64,000 bases of DNA from positions 191,445-255,444 of the forward strand of contig CAZBCL010000002.1 in assembly GCA_964490645.1 (NCBI GenBank). Reading direction: 5' to 3'. Each line of letters begins with the position of its first letter. Position 1 is the stretch's first letter. The notes under the pieces are model-generated. The model was not told the DNA's origin, searched no databases, and was given only the letters and a program-made list of their open reading frames with translations. Of the stretch, positions 50,601 through 60,536 are shown in pieces. A program made the translations under genes and the position numbers. Source of the DNA: an uncultured Spirochaetia bacterium (GTDB taxonomy: Bacteria; Spirochaetota; JAHITG01; CAZBCL01).

Positions 50601-53526
50601 TGCCGGGAAAGCACTCCCATCAGTTATTACCTATACACCGAAAGGATCCGGCTACTATACAGTTACGGTTTCGATGAAAAACCGTACCGGCGGCACTATT
50701 AAGACATCACAGATCTTTTATGTTTATGGTGATGATTATTTCCCGTGGTCAATGGATAATACTGAACGCGTTCGTATTACCCCTGATCGGGAGCACTATA
50801 ATCCCGGTGATACCGCACGATTATTCATTATGTCGCCCTATGAAACAGCAACTGCTTATATCAGTATCGAACGTGAACGAATTATTACCAATTTTGTTAC
50901 AACGTTAAAAAGCGGCAATTCCATTATCGAAATACCGATACGAGATGCATATATTCCGAATGTGTATGTCAGTGTCAGCCTTCTTCGGGGACGCGTTAAC
51001 AATGACGCCTTCACAAACAGTAATGAAGATCTTGGAAAACCGGAAATGAAAATCGGGTATCATAATTTAAATGTTTCATATGACACACGTACGCTGCGCG
51101 TTTTACTAACACCTGAAAAAGACACCGTTAAACCCGGAGAAAAAGTAACAATAACCGGTACGGTTGTTGACCATGATAATAATCCGGTATCCGGCACTAT
51201 TACTTTCGCGGTCTGTGATGAAGGGGTTCTTTCACTTATCGGATATAAAACCCCGAATCCGATTGATGTTTTTTATCAAAAAAGAGGACTCTCGGTTATC
51301 AGTGGTGATTTGCGTTCACATATTATCGGGAATCGTAATTATGGTCAAAAAGAAGAAAACCCCGGCGGCAGTGATGCTGAAGATAATCTGAATGTGCGGA
51401 CGAACTTTCAATCTACTGCTTTTTTCAAAGCCGTTACCGATACCGATGAGCACGGAGCATTTTCATTTACTTTCACCGCACCGGATAATCTGACTGCATA
51501 TCGTATTATGGCAATCGCATCATCAAAAAAGATGTTCGGCAATGGCGAAAAACGTATGACGGTAAATAAACCGCTTATGCTTATGTCAACAATGCCGAAT
51601 TTCATTCAAAGCGATGATGTGTTTTCAGCCGGTGCACTCGTCTATAATCAAACTAAAAGCAAACAAAAACTAACCGTTCGGGCACAGGTATCCGGCGGAC
51701 TTATTATTTCCGGTTCAGCAACAAAAACAATTACCCTGAAAAAAGGAGCGCACACCCATGTACCGTTTACGTTCAAAGGCAATGGACAGGGAGATGCAGT
51801 TGTTACTTTTTCAGCATACAATAAAACCGTCAACGATGCTTTCCGAATCACCATCCCTGCGCATGAGTTAGCAACGGTTGAATGGGTAAAACTGTATGAA
51901 ACATCAACACAAAACACAACCAAGCATTCCATCATCATTCCATCATCTGATATCGCACGGAATGGATACGGCAGTATTGAAGGTACGCTGGCGCCGTCCA
52001 TTATGTCCGGGATGAAAGGATCGCTGCACTACTTGCAAACTTTCCCGCATGATTGTCTGGAACAGCGCTTTTCAAAAATCTATCCTTTTGTGGAAATGGG
52101 AGATTTCCTCTTTGAACGAAACCTGACGACCCAGTCCAAGGAAGAAATTAACAACACCATTACAGCTGTTATAAATGCTATTCCTGATTTTGTCGGATGC
52201 GGAGGGTATCTTAAATATTGGACAGACAGCAATTTTGAATCGCCATGGTTAACCGCATACGGCGTTCTGGTAATGGCCGCCGCACAGGAAAAGCATTTCA
52301 GTATTCCGAAAAAAACATATAATAATGCAATTAAAGCGCTCAATAACTATCTGAATGGAAAAAAGGCATGCGTACCGCAATGGTATATTAACGATCAACA
52401 GGATGAAACACAAAGCTATATTGCCTACGCTCTTGCTCGTGCCGGAAAACCCCGAAAGGATATCGTTGAAAAGCTGATTAAAAAAACTGACGCTCTGTCG
52501 ATAAGCGCTTTAGGCAATCTGCTTCGTGCCGCCGTTCTTTCCGGTTTTACGAAACAGCATTACATGCCGGTGCGGCAGGCGCTCCTGAATTATATTATTA
52601 ATGACGGTTCAGTTGCTCATTTTGAACACCCGAACCAAACATGGTGCTGGTATACTCATGACAGTCCGGAAAACTCAACTGCCATTGATTTACAAGCATT
52701 CGCTGAAGCAAACGTAAGTCTTCCCGTTGCACCGCAGGTTGCTCGCTGGCTGGTTGATGTATCCGAAACAAAACGAACAAACCTGAATACACAAACGGCT
52801 GTTAATACCTGTCTTGCATTGTATTGGTACACAAAACGTGCTGAATCAAACCCGGTTAATTTCACCGCAGCAATACAACTTGATAAGAAAAAACTCGCAG
52901 CAACATCCTGCACTTCGATCAATGCACCGATCTATACTGATTCCATGCCGCTTTCTGATTTTAAATCAGGAAAGAAAGTTACTGTTTCCGTTAATCGAAA
53001 AGGAAGCGGTCGGTTATATTACAGTATTGCGCTCTCATATAAACCATCATTTGACCGTCCGGCATATGATGCGGGTTATTCAATTGAAAAATGGATAACC
53101 GACTTGAACGGCTCCGCTGTATCAAGCCCGTTTTATGTCGGGCAAGAATTAATCGTTCGCCTGAAAATAACCGCACACCGTGAAGGACATTTTATCGCAC
53201 TGACAGATCCGCTTGTTCCCGGCTTTCGTATTATTAATCCGAATCTGCAGGCAGGTAATCCGGCACGGACACAAGATAATACACAAAGCTCTGCCGACGC
53301 CTATTGGTGGTGGGGACAATTTGATCGAAAAGAATACCGCTTTGAAAAATATTGTGCCTATGCCTCGTATTTACCGGAAGGCGAATATACAATGACATAC
53401 CATATTAAAGTTGCAACGCCGGGGACATATTCATTTGAGGCAGCACATATCGAAGATATGTATCACCCGGCATTATTTGGTACCGGCACACCGGAAAGGA
53501 TAACCATTCTTCCCGCAAAGGAATAG
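47665..53526 (+). CDS. Bacterial alpha-2-macroglobulin with thioester motif and N-terminal Ig-like domains
   Basis: FTERGLYRSGD (MG2), VCDEGVLSL, VRTNF, PDNLTAYRIMA, the thioester motif HDCLEQ, and C-terminal YLPEG...PGTY...IEDMYHP. GGAGG SD. Confidence 0.93.
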   Translation: MKPVLYRISYAILCIVIIFSIPLTYAQLMQDAEPVQGPISIVEVTPKGQTSYFYEYSYISVTFNQPMVSLEARHDKQESGPLTFDPPIAGKYLWQGDRTLIFYPEEKFIESQTYTCTIPKKTRSEVTRKKLKKPYSWKFNTPRIQIVSVSPNQNAINQDIDQNISISFNQPVYASVVKAYAHIRCNNKTIEFTIIPDKHQAEKGQNAITSFTLIPHTPYAKDAMVRFDINAGLRGVEGNLALKKTFSRIFHTFGPFVFLTKDISIDSDESTQGITLRFSTPICRSNLASAIKLSVIKEGFGPNMTNARKRACARLAESQWSSLSPWVDLYLLPLGKYKLTITACTDVFGQPLQRSDEKNTITITVASRTPYIHYPTGYIVIEAYEQRVLPIRSINYDNMVVSAQSLTKRAVAQYFHFYQNHYQGMNAYFTCPKQNPILIQYTLPLEHMPEQWSLSPLHLDAILSNQKPHAVGKNNERFGTLYLQYKNYDRSDDAFVQITSLGLTGRFSPWNNRILVTSLKTAAPLSGIHVSMTDPHGKVLSETTTDSEGIAAFPSVMTLPTQKTKSITNNAFLFFAEHGNDMAFIATGMTTGIEPWRYGIYYDDYYDESDPDDCYTDYEYYDDYYYDDDGNSIHWRPYSFNNYLPSYCFTERGLYRSGDTVHCTGLVRNVFSGTPEYPLRSLPLDINVETPVGKTLTNFIAIADNRGYYHFDIHTENTAARGKYTIYVSLNNNPYTNICTYLSTSASFRIEDFREARMEASLSVTKGDIRYGDSFTALLKGSTFSGTGLEGSPIDFSAQAVPINYRPPGEYCRPFSFDSPDSYTKKPLIMKSDSLGKGSLYSQKINVHWSGEAYTARIDIIGTIYGDDEEQKSAVTRVIAHAADAYPGIALSDTYASVNHPINIAVVAADKDGHWTAGSNAKVTIVREWQNCVQSRDLHSRLRWNCNEESETVYSETIQIGKKTDRKWIKHLIFPTPLPAGKALPSVITYTPKGSGYYTVTVSMKNRTGGTIKTSQIFYVYGDDYFPWSMDNTERVRITPDREHYNPGDTARLFIMSPYETATAYISIERERIITNFVTTLKSGNSIIEIPIRDAYIPNVYVSVSLLRGRVNNDAFTNSNEDLGKPEMKIGYHNLNVSYDTRTLRVLLTPEKDTVKPGEKVTITGTVVDHDNNPVSGTITFAVCDEGVLSLIGYKTPNPIDVFYQKRGLSVISGDLRSHIIGNRNYGQKEENPGGSDAEDNLNVRTNFQSTAFFKAVTDTDEHGAFSFTFTAPDNLTAYRIMAIASSKKMFGNGEKRMTVNKPLMLMSTMPNFIQSDDVFSAGALVYNQTKSKQKLTVRAQVSGGLIISGSATKTITLKKGAHTHVPFTFKGNGQGDAVVTFSAYNKTVNDAFRITIPAHELATVEWVKLYETSTQNTTKHSIIIPSSDIARNGYGSIEGTLAPSIMSGMKGSLHYLQTFPHDCLEQRFSKIYPFVEMGDFLFERNLTTQSKEEINNTITAVINAIPDFVGCGGYLKYWTDSNFESPWLTAYGVLVMAAAQEKHFSIPKKTYNNAIKALNNYLNGKKACVPQWYINDQQDETQSYIAYALARAGKPRKDIVEKLIKKTDALSISALGNLLRAAVLSGFTKQHYMPVRQALLNYIINDGSVAHFEHPNQTWCWYTHDSPENSTAIDLQAFAEANVSLPVAPQVARWLVDVSETKRTNLNTQTAVNTCLALYWYTKRAESNPVNFTAAIQLDKKKLAATSCTSINAPIYTDSMPLSDFKSGKKVTVSVNRKGSGRLYYSIALSYKPSFDRPAYDAGYSIEKWITDLNGSAVSSPFYVGQELIVRLKITAHREGHFIALTDPLVPGFRIINPNLQAGNPARTQDNTQSSADAYWWWGQFDRKEYRFEKYCAYASYLPEGEYTMTYHIKVATPGTYSFEAAHIEDMYHPALFGTGTPERITILPAKE

Positions 53527-53529
53527 CAC

Positions 53530-55746
53530 ATGAAAAACACACGAAATGCATTCCTCCCGATAATAATGAGTGTTGTACTTGCAGTGCTTATTATTTTCCC
53601 ATGTATCCATATATCGAAAAAATTGAATATGCCGCTCGATCAGAGTTGGTATACTCCGGTACATCCTTCAGGATACACTATTCGCGCGGAGAACGGTGAA
53701 ATACTATTTGAACAAGTCGGTGATCGCAACGGCATCCGTATTCCCGTTACCCTGCATGATATTCCTGATATGTGTATTGCAGCGCTTATCGCATCCGAAG
53801 ATAAACGTTTTTACAAACACCACGGTATTGACTATCAGGCAATTATAAGAGCTGCTTTGCATAATATCACTGCCGGCGCAGTGAAAGAAGGGGCATCAAC
53901 CATTACCATGCAGACAGTTCGAATTATCTATACTCTGCCGCATACCTATGCCGGTAAAATCAAACAAGCATGGCTGGCACTGCGCGTTTCCCGCCATGTA
54001 CAGAAAAAAACAATACTTATAAAATATTTAAATCGTGTCCATTTCGGCAGACAAACCTATGGTATCGGCGCAGCAGCACGGGTATATTTTTCTAAAGACA
54101 CCGCACATCTCAGTGAATCAGAATGTATTGCACTTATCGCATTAATTCGCGCTCCGGCAAAAAACGATCCTATTCGTCATCCGATACAATTCCATCGGGC
54201 ATATTGCCGTGTTATTAATGCACTTTCCGCTCAAGGATATCTTACTCCCACACAGGCGAATGATCTTGCAGCATATTCTCCGCAAATTCGCATGACGGCA
54301 ACAGAGAAAAAAGCCCCGCACTATGCAGATTTTCTCAGTCATACAAAATCAAATTCCGTATTGGAAACAACTATTGACATCGCACTGCAGGAAAAAGCTG
54401 AATATTTATTACAACAACGCACATACAGTTTACACACACGGCAGGTTTATACAGGTGCTGTTGTTATTCTTGATGCACAAACCGGTGCCGTAAAAGCATT
54501 AGTCGGATCATCCGACTATCATTCACCGTTAAGCGGGCAATTCAATGCCGCCATGGCAAAACGACAATGCGGTTCAATTCTCAAACCATTAATATATGCA
54601 ATGGCATTCGATCGCGGAGCAAGTCCCGGCGACGTAATTATTGACGAGGAACGATCATTCGGGAATGAATTTGAAAATTATCTTCCGAAAAATTATGACC
54701 ATATCTGGCACGGACGCGTAACTCTGCGACAGGCATTGCAGCATTCATATAACATCCCTGCAATTGAATTACTTGAACAAATTGGCATTAACACCTATCT
54801 TACCACATTGCATACAGCGGGTTTTACCTATCTCGATAAAACACCACGATTTTACGGCTACGGTCTTGCACTGGGTGTCGGAGAAGTCCGTCCGATTGAT
54901 ATTGCCGCCGCATATTCCGCATTCGTTAATAATGGGCATGTAGTTCGACCGCGTTATTTGAAAACTGACCCTATCGTTGTAACCCCGCCGCTTTTCTCGG
55001 AAGAAAGCGCATGGCTGATATGGCATATACTCAGCGATCGGAATCGTGCCGATATTACTGCAGCACATCTTCGTGTTCCATTAGGATACGGATATAAAAC
55101 CGGAACAACAAAAGATTTTCGTGATTCCGTTGCTGTTGTATTTGATGCACAATATATTATTGCTGCATGGATAGGAAATCCTGAAGGAAATTCAATGGCA
55201 GGAGTAAGCGGCAGTCTCGGTGCGTTGACACTTGCAGGTAATCTTGCCCGTGAGCTCCCGCCGCATGCCGGCACCATTCCCGCTCCACCGACCATTATTA
55301 CACAAAAGATTACTCCAATCCTTGGGCATAAGGGTGCTGAACAACCTGTTCCTCTGCGCGAAGTATTCGATATCATTCACTCGCCGCAATGGAAATCAAA
55401 TAATGCCATGCCTAAGCTCCTCGCACTGCAGCCATCAGCGCTTAATACAGTATCACAATCACCGCACAGCAATACACCATATGTCCATATCACCACACCC
55501 CTGCCGAATGCAACATATGTCATTAATCCGACAATAAACTTGGATAAACAAAAAGTAGCTATTTCTATTGATTCCTCAGATCATTTTAAATCCTATGTTT
55601 ATATTATTAACGATACCGTTATAGAAACAACAGATACAACGGTGTTCTGGAAAATCACTCCGGGGAATGTTGCCTGTCTTGTATATGGAGTATTGCCGAA
55701 TAATGAACGAGTATACAGTACCACTATTTCCTTCCGAGTCCTATAA
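53530..55746 (+). CDS. pbpC: Penicillin-binding protein 1C
   Basis: Transglycosylase motifs EDKRFYKHHGID and GASTITMQ; transpeptidase motifs SILK, SYN and KTGT; directly after the alpha-2-macroglobulin gene. Confidence 0.9.
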   Translation: MKNTRNAFLPIIMSVVLAVLIIFPCIHISKKLNMPLDQSWYTPVHPSGYTIRAENGEILFEQVGDRNGIRIPVTLHDIPDMCIAALIASEDKRFYKHHGIDYQAIIRAALHNITAGAVKEGASTITMQTVRIIYTLPHTYAGKIKQAWLALRVSRHVQKKTILIKYLNRVHFGRQTYGIGAAARVYFSKDTAHLSESECIALIALIRAPAKNDPIRHPIQFHRAYCRVINALSAQGYLTPTQANDLAAYSPQIRMTATEKKAPHYADFLSHTKSNSVLETTIDIALQEKAEYLLQQRTYSLHTRQVYTGAVVILDAQTGAVKALVGSSDYHSPLSGQFNAAMAKRQCGSILKPLIYAMAFDRGASPGDVIIDEERSFGNEFENYLPKNYDHIWHGRVTLRQALQHSYNIPAIELLEQIGINTYLTTLHTAGFTYLDKTPRFYGYGLALGVGEVRPIDIAAAYSAFVNNGHVVRPRYLKTDPIVVTPPLFSEESAWLIWHILSDRNRADITAAHLRVPLGYGYKTGTTKDFRDSVAVVFDAQYIIAAWIGNPEGNSMAGVSGSLGALTLAGNLARELPPHAGTIPAPPTIITQKITPILGHKGAEQPVPLREVFDIIHSPQWKSNNAMPKLLALQPSALNTVSQSPHSNTPYVHITTPLPNATYVINPTINLDKQKVAISIDSSDHFKSYVYIINDTVIETTDTTVFWKITPGNVACLVYGVLPNNERVYSTTISFRVL

Positions 55747-55789
55747 GCTTTTTCAGGTATACTGATTCCTCTTATTTAATTATTCAATA

Positions 55790-55818
55790 TTGACGACCGG
55801 TGAGATTGTTATTACAGT
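55790..55818 (+). promoter_or_regulatory. Sigma70-type promoter of cca, leaderless geometry
   Basis: TTGACG-17-TACAGT, 6 nt before ATG 55825; no SD. Confidence 0.6.
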
Positions 55819-55824
55819 AAGCCA

Positions 55825-57297
55825 ATGATACAGTCATATGATGCACGAACGACCGCGCAGGCACTAATACCCCATGTGCCGAAAACAGTTATAACCCTAA
55901 TCAGAAAACTGCATACCGCCGGGTTTGAAGCATATATTATCGGCGGTGCTGTACGCGATCTAATTATGCGGCGCGCAACCGACGATTTTGATATTGCCAC
56001 GAATGCACGACCTGAAACAATACGAAAACTCTTTATTCGTACTATTCCAACCGGTATACAACACGGAACGATAACCGTTCTTCTGAACACCATGTCCTTT
56101 GAAGTAACAACGTATCGTGCTGACGGTCTCTATTCGGATGGACGACATCCCGATAGCGTTGAATATTCCGACACCCTTTCGGAAGATCTCAGCCGCCGTG
56201 ATTTCACCATTAATGCGCTGGCGCTTGATCCGATCAATGCAGTATTAATAGATGAACACAATGGTCAAAATGATATTCAGGCACATTCTATTCGCTGCAT
56301 TGGCGATCCGAACACCCGTTTCTCCGAAGACGGATTGCGGCTGCTGCGAGCATGTCGATTTGCTGCGGTGCTTGATTTTTCCATCGACGATACTACACTC
56401 TCCGCGATGGAACACTGTTACGAAAAAGCACGGACGGTCAGTTATGAACGTGTACAAGAAGAAATAAAAAAAATGATGAAAGCTCACCGTCCTTCTGTCG
56501 GCATTGAATATATGCGCCGTACCGGTCTTTTGGATATCTATCTTCCTGAGCTTGCCGCAACGGTTGATGTCCGGCAAAATCGTTTTCATAAATATGATGT
56601 TTATTATCATAGTTTGTATACCTGTGATGCCGCACCGCAAGCCATGCCGCTGCTGCGTATCGCTGCATTGTTTCATGATATCGGAAAACCGCGCACAAAA
56701 CGCATCAGTGATGTCTTAAGCATGCAAGAAAAAGAAGCCCTGCAGGCACAGGGACAGCAAACCGGTAATGGTGATGCAACGTTTTACAACCATGAAGTTG
56801 TCGGGGCACGATTAGCACGTACAATACTGCGCCGTTTAAAATTCAGTAATCAGGAAATTGAACTCATTACCAAACTTATCCGTCTGCATATGTTTTATTA
56901 TACCCGCGACTGGACCGATGGCGCTGTCCGACGGTTTATGCGGCGTGCCGGGCTGGATACTATCCCATTGTTATTTGAGCTGCGGGAAGCAGACCGCATC
57001 GGCAACGGAACAAAACGCGGACGCTCCGGTGCATTGCGCGAACTGCAGCGCCGTATTGATAAAGTCATTGAAGAAGAAAACGCTTTTAGTTTGAAACACC
57101 TTGCCGTTAATGGAACCGATATTATGAACTATAAACATATTCCGCCAAGCCCTCAGGTCGGTCGTGTCCTGAATTATATTCTTGAACTCGTTCTCGATGA
57201 GCCCGAATTGAACACCCGCGAAGCATTACTCGCTCTTGTTGAGAAACTTGATATTGATTCAATCCCTGATATGAAAAACAATACAAGTAATAATTAA
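55825..57297 (+). CDS. cca: CCA-adding tRNA nucleotidyltransferase with HD domain
   Basis: GGAVRD, DFDIAT, RRDFTINA, EDGLRLLR and HDIGKP. Confidence 0.9.
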   Translation: MIQSYDARTTAQALIPHVPKTVITLIRKLHTAGFEAYIIGGAVRDLIMRRATDDFDIATNARPETIRKLFIRTIPTGIQHGTITVLLNTMSFEVTTYRADGLYSDGRHPDSVEYSDTLSEDLSRRDFTINALALDPINAVLIDEHNGQNDIQAHSIRCIGDPNTRFSEDGLRLLRACRFAAVLDFSIDDTTLSAMEHCYEKARTVSYERVQEEIKKMMKAHRPSVGIEYMRRTGLLDIYLPELAATVDVRQNRFHKYDVYYHSLYTCDAAPQAMPLLRIAALFHDIGKPRTKRISDVLSMQEKEALQAQGQQTGNGDATFYNHEVVGARLARTILRRLKFSNQEIELITKLIRLHMFYYTRDWTDGAVRRFMRRAGLDTIPLLFELREADRIGNGTKRGRSGALRELQRRIDKVIEEENAFSLKHLAVNGTDIMNYKHIPPSPQVGRVLNYILELVLDEPELNTREALLALVEKLDIDSIPDMKNNTSNN

Positions 57298-57411
57298 TAT
57301 CCTGAAATATCGTTTTTTCATTTACTTATTATACCGTTCTTGTATATAATACAGTGAAACGAACACTCATGCCGTATTGATTCTAAAGTCGGCATGTATT
57401 TGGAGATATTC

Positions 57412-58440
57412 ATGATACCCGTTGCAATATGCGGAGCCAGCGGTTATGCCGGACAAGAACTCGTATCACTGCTCAGCAGGCATCCGTCAGTTAAAATTAC
57501 AGCCGTTACCTCAGAACGCTATGCTGAAAAACCATACGGCGATATTGTGCACACTATGCGCAGCAGAACAAATTTGCTTTTTGAAAAATTGCATATTGAA
57601 ACAGTGCTGCCGAAAGCCGAATTGTTTTTCCTTGCATTACCGCATGCCTTATCACATGACATTGCCCCTCAATTGATACATGCGGGAAAACAAGTTATTG
57701 ATATATCGGGAGCATTTCGGTTAAAAAACCCGATTCATTATCCGAAAGTATACGGTTTTGAACATACCCATCATGACCTGCTTGCGAAAAGTATATACGG
57801 ACTGACAGAAACCAATAAAAGCGCCATTGCCGGTAATTCATTTATTGCCAACCCGGGATGTTATGCAACCGCTACATTACTGGCATTACTGCCGCTAACC
57901 GCCTGCATTGGAAACGGAGAAGGTATAATACTCTATATCGATGCAAAATCCGGACTCTCCGGCGCCGGACGAAAAACCGATCAAACTCTTCAGTTTTGTG
58001 AAGCCGATCATGACGTTCGTCCTTATAAAATCGGTGTCCATCAGCATGTCCCTGAAATAGAGCAGGCTTTGCGCATGCGCTCCCCGTCATTGCCGAACAT
58101 TACTTTTGTGCCGATGATCGTTCCGATGGAACGGGGGATTCTCATCAGTGCCTATGTATCCGGCTGGAATACCGATATGTCAATAGATGATCTCAAAGAA
58201 CACTATATCAAATTTTATACCAATGCTCCGTTTATTCGAATACTCGGCGGCAATCGCATTCCACATACAAAAGGCGTAATACATACCAATTATTGCGACA
58301 TTAATATCTTTCGCGATGAACACTCAAAGCAAATTATTATTATTGCCGCTATCGACAACTTAATTAAAGGAGCTGCCGGCTCAGCAGTACAAAATATGAA
58401 CAGTATGTACGACCTTGATGAAACAACCGGTTTACTATGA
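57412..58440 (+). CDS. argC: N-acetyl-gamma-glutamyl-phosphate reductase
   Basis: GASGYAG, LALPH, NPGCYAT, SGLSGAG, HQHVPEI and DNLIKGAAG; GGAG SD precedes 57412. Confidence 0.96.
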   Translation: MIPVAICGASGYAGQELVSLLSRHPSVKITAVTSERYAEKPYGDIVHTMRSRTNLLFEKLHIETVLPKAELFFLALPHALSHDIAPQLIHAGKQVIDISGAFRLKNPIHYPKVYGFEHTHHDLLAKSIYGLTETNKSAIAGNSFIANPGCYATATLLALLPLTACIGNGEGIILYIDAKSGLSGAGRKTDQTLQFCEADHDVRPYKIGVHQHVPEIEQALRMRSPSLPNITFVPMIVPMERGILISAYVSGWNTDMSIDDLKEHYIKFYTNAPFIRILGGNRIPHTKGVIHTNYCDINIFRDEHSKQIIIIAAIDNLIKGAAGSAVQNMNSMYDLDETTGLL

Positions 58441-59654
58441 GCACAGCAATAACTACGGTACACGGCGGTATTTGCGCACCACAAGGATATCGTGCATCAG
58501 CAGTTCATGCCGGTTTTTATCCGCCGCCGCGCCTTGATCAGGCACTTATCACCAGCAATCCGCCGGCTACCGCCGCCGGTATGTTTACCACCAGTCAATT
58601 CCCTGCAGCCGGTGTAACCTTATGTAAGAAACGTATTAATAATCCGATTGCCGGCATTATTGTAAACAGCGGTAATGCCAATGCATGGACTACCCGCGAC
58701 GGATTGCAGTGTGCGGAAGATATTTGTGCTGCAATCGCCACACTCCTGAATGCTCCGGCAGAAAACTTTCTGCATCTTTCAACCGGTGTTATCGGTAAAG
58801 ACATGCCGCCGGTTGAATCGTTGCATGAAGCTTTTAATACTCTTGTACACGGATTGGGAAACTCTCCCGAACACGCTGCACGGGCTGCACACGCAATTAT
58901 GACAACTGACACCATACACAAAGAAACTGCACGACAGATTATAACCAGTACCGGCACTATTACCATTGGCGGAATGACAAAGGGCTCAGGAATGATAAGT
59001 CCGAATTTGGCAACCTTATTGACATTTATTACCACTGATGCTGCTCTGACGAAAACAGATCTGCAGGAATGTCTTTGTAATGCTGTTGATGTATCATTGA
59101 ATTGCTTAACCATTGACGGTGATATGAGTACAAATGATTCGGTTATTCTTCTCGCAAATGGTGCAGCAGGTCAGCCGCCACTGAACGAAAACGATAAAGC
59201 TCTTTTTTGTGAAGCGCTCAAAGATATATTAACTGAACTCACGATACTCATGGCACACGATGCTGAAGGTGCAACAAAATGTATTATGATAGATATTATT
59301 AATGCCGACAGCAACGATGCTGCCCGAACAGTCGGACTGGCAGTTGCAAATAGTCTTCTTGTAAAAACCGCTGTTCATGGGAATGACGCTAATTGGGGAC
59401 GCATTCTTGCACGGCTTGGAAAAACCTCGGTCCATATTAATCCATATTCAGTACGAATTCTTTTCGCTGATACCATTGTCTTTGAAAAGGGTCATGCTGT
59501 ACCATTTGATGAGAAAAAGATGAAGAATTCTCTTGCTGATACCGATGAAATAGCTATAACCATTGATCTCAATAACGGAACGTTCAGACAGCGTATTTTT
59601 ACCTGTGATTTATCGGCTGAATATGTTAAAATAAACGCATCATATCGAAGTTGA
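58437..59654 (+). CDS. argJ: Ornithine acetyltransferase
   Basis: NSGNANA, STGVIG, MTTDT, KGSGMISPNLATLL, DGDMSTND and EGATK. Confidence 0.96.
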   Translation: MSTAITTVHGGICAPQGYRASAVHAGFYPPPRLDQALITSNPPATAAGMFTTSQFPAAGVTLCKKRINNPIAGIIVNSGNANAWTTRDGLQCAEDICAAIATLLNAPAENFLHLSTGVIGKDMPPVESLHEAFNTLVHGLGNSPEHAARAAHAIMTTDTIHKETARQIITSTGTITIGGMTKGSGMISPNLATLLTFITTDAALTKTDLQECLCNAVDVSLNCLTIDGDMSTNDSVILLANGAAGQPPLNENDKALFCEALKDILTELTILMAHDAEGATKCIMIDIINADSNDAARTVGLAVANSLLVKTAVHGNDANWGRILARLGKTSVHINPYSVRILFADTIVFEKGHAVPFDEKKMKNSLADTDEIAITIDLNNGTFRQRIFTCDLSAEYVKINASYRS

Positions 59655-59660
59655 AACATC

Positions 59661-60518
59661 ATGAAACACCAAATTGAAAAAGCGGAAGTGCTGATTGAAG
59701 CACTGCCGTATATACAACAATTTCGCGGCACCTCAATTATCATCAAATACGGCGGCAGCGCCATGGTTGACGAAAAGCTTAAACAGCATATCGTCCTTGA
59801 TACTATACTCATGCGCTATGTCGGCATTAATGTTATTGTTGTTCATGGCGGCGGACATAAAATTACTGAATATATGCATAAAATGGATAAAAAAGCAGTT
59901 TTTCTTGATGGTATGCGTGTAACTGACGCTGAAACGATGAACATTACCGAAATGATCCTCACCGGATTGGTCAATAAAGATATTGTTGCACGAATACATA
60001 AACACGGCGGCAATGCAGTTGGTTTATCAGGAAAAGACGGACGCCTGATTGAAGCGAAAAAACTTATTCATGATACCCATGATTATGGATATGTCGGCGA
60101 AATAACAAAAATTAATGCGGAGATTTTACGCACTCTTGACAACAGCGGTTTTGTACCGGTTATTTCTCCGATTGGTATCGGAACTGACGGGGTTACCTAC
60201 AATATCAATGCTGATATTGCCGCCAGTGAAATTGCCATTGCAACCGGTGCTGAAAAACTTATATTCCTGACTGACGTTCCGGGAATTTGCACTACCCCGA
60301 ACGAACCAAAATCATTGATTAATACTATCAATCATGATACAATCAATACACTGATAGCCGATGGCAGCATTTCCGGCGGGATGCTTCCTAAAGTAAAAGC
60401 CGGTTTACGAGCATTAGAACACGGTATTAAAAAAGTCCACATCATTGACGGGCGTATCAGCCATTCAATACTACTTGAACTTTTTACTGAATCAGGTATC
60501 GGAACGGAAATAGTGTAA
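59661..60518 (+). CDS. argB: Acetylglutamate kinase
   Basis: KYGGSAM, VHGGG, GMRVT, NINAD and GGMLPK. Confidence 0.97.
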   Translation: MKHQIEKAEVLIEALPYIQQFRGTSIIIKYGGSAMVDEKLKQHIVLDTILMRYVGINVIVVHGGGHKITEYMHKMDKKAVFLDGMRVTDAETMNITEMILTGLVNKDIVARIHKHGGNAVGLSGKDGRLIEAKKLIHDTHDYGYVGEITKINAEILRTLDNSGFVPVISPIGIGTDGVTYNINADIAASEIAIATGAEKLIFLTDVPGICTTPNEPKSLINTINHDTINTLIADGSISGGMLPKVKAGLRALEHGIKKVHIIDGRISHSILLELFTESGIGTEIV

Positions 60519-60536
60519 GAGTCAGAAGGATACAGC

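Noticed and set aside
47665-55746. Alpha-2-macroglobulin-PBP1C pairing as a novel system
   Set aside because: This is a well-established conserved tandem (yfhM-pbpC type); only the insert and signal type are flagged.
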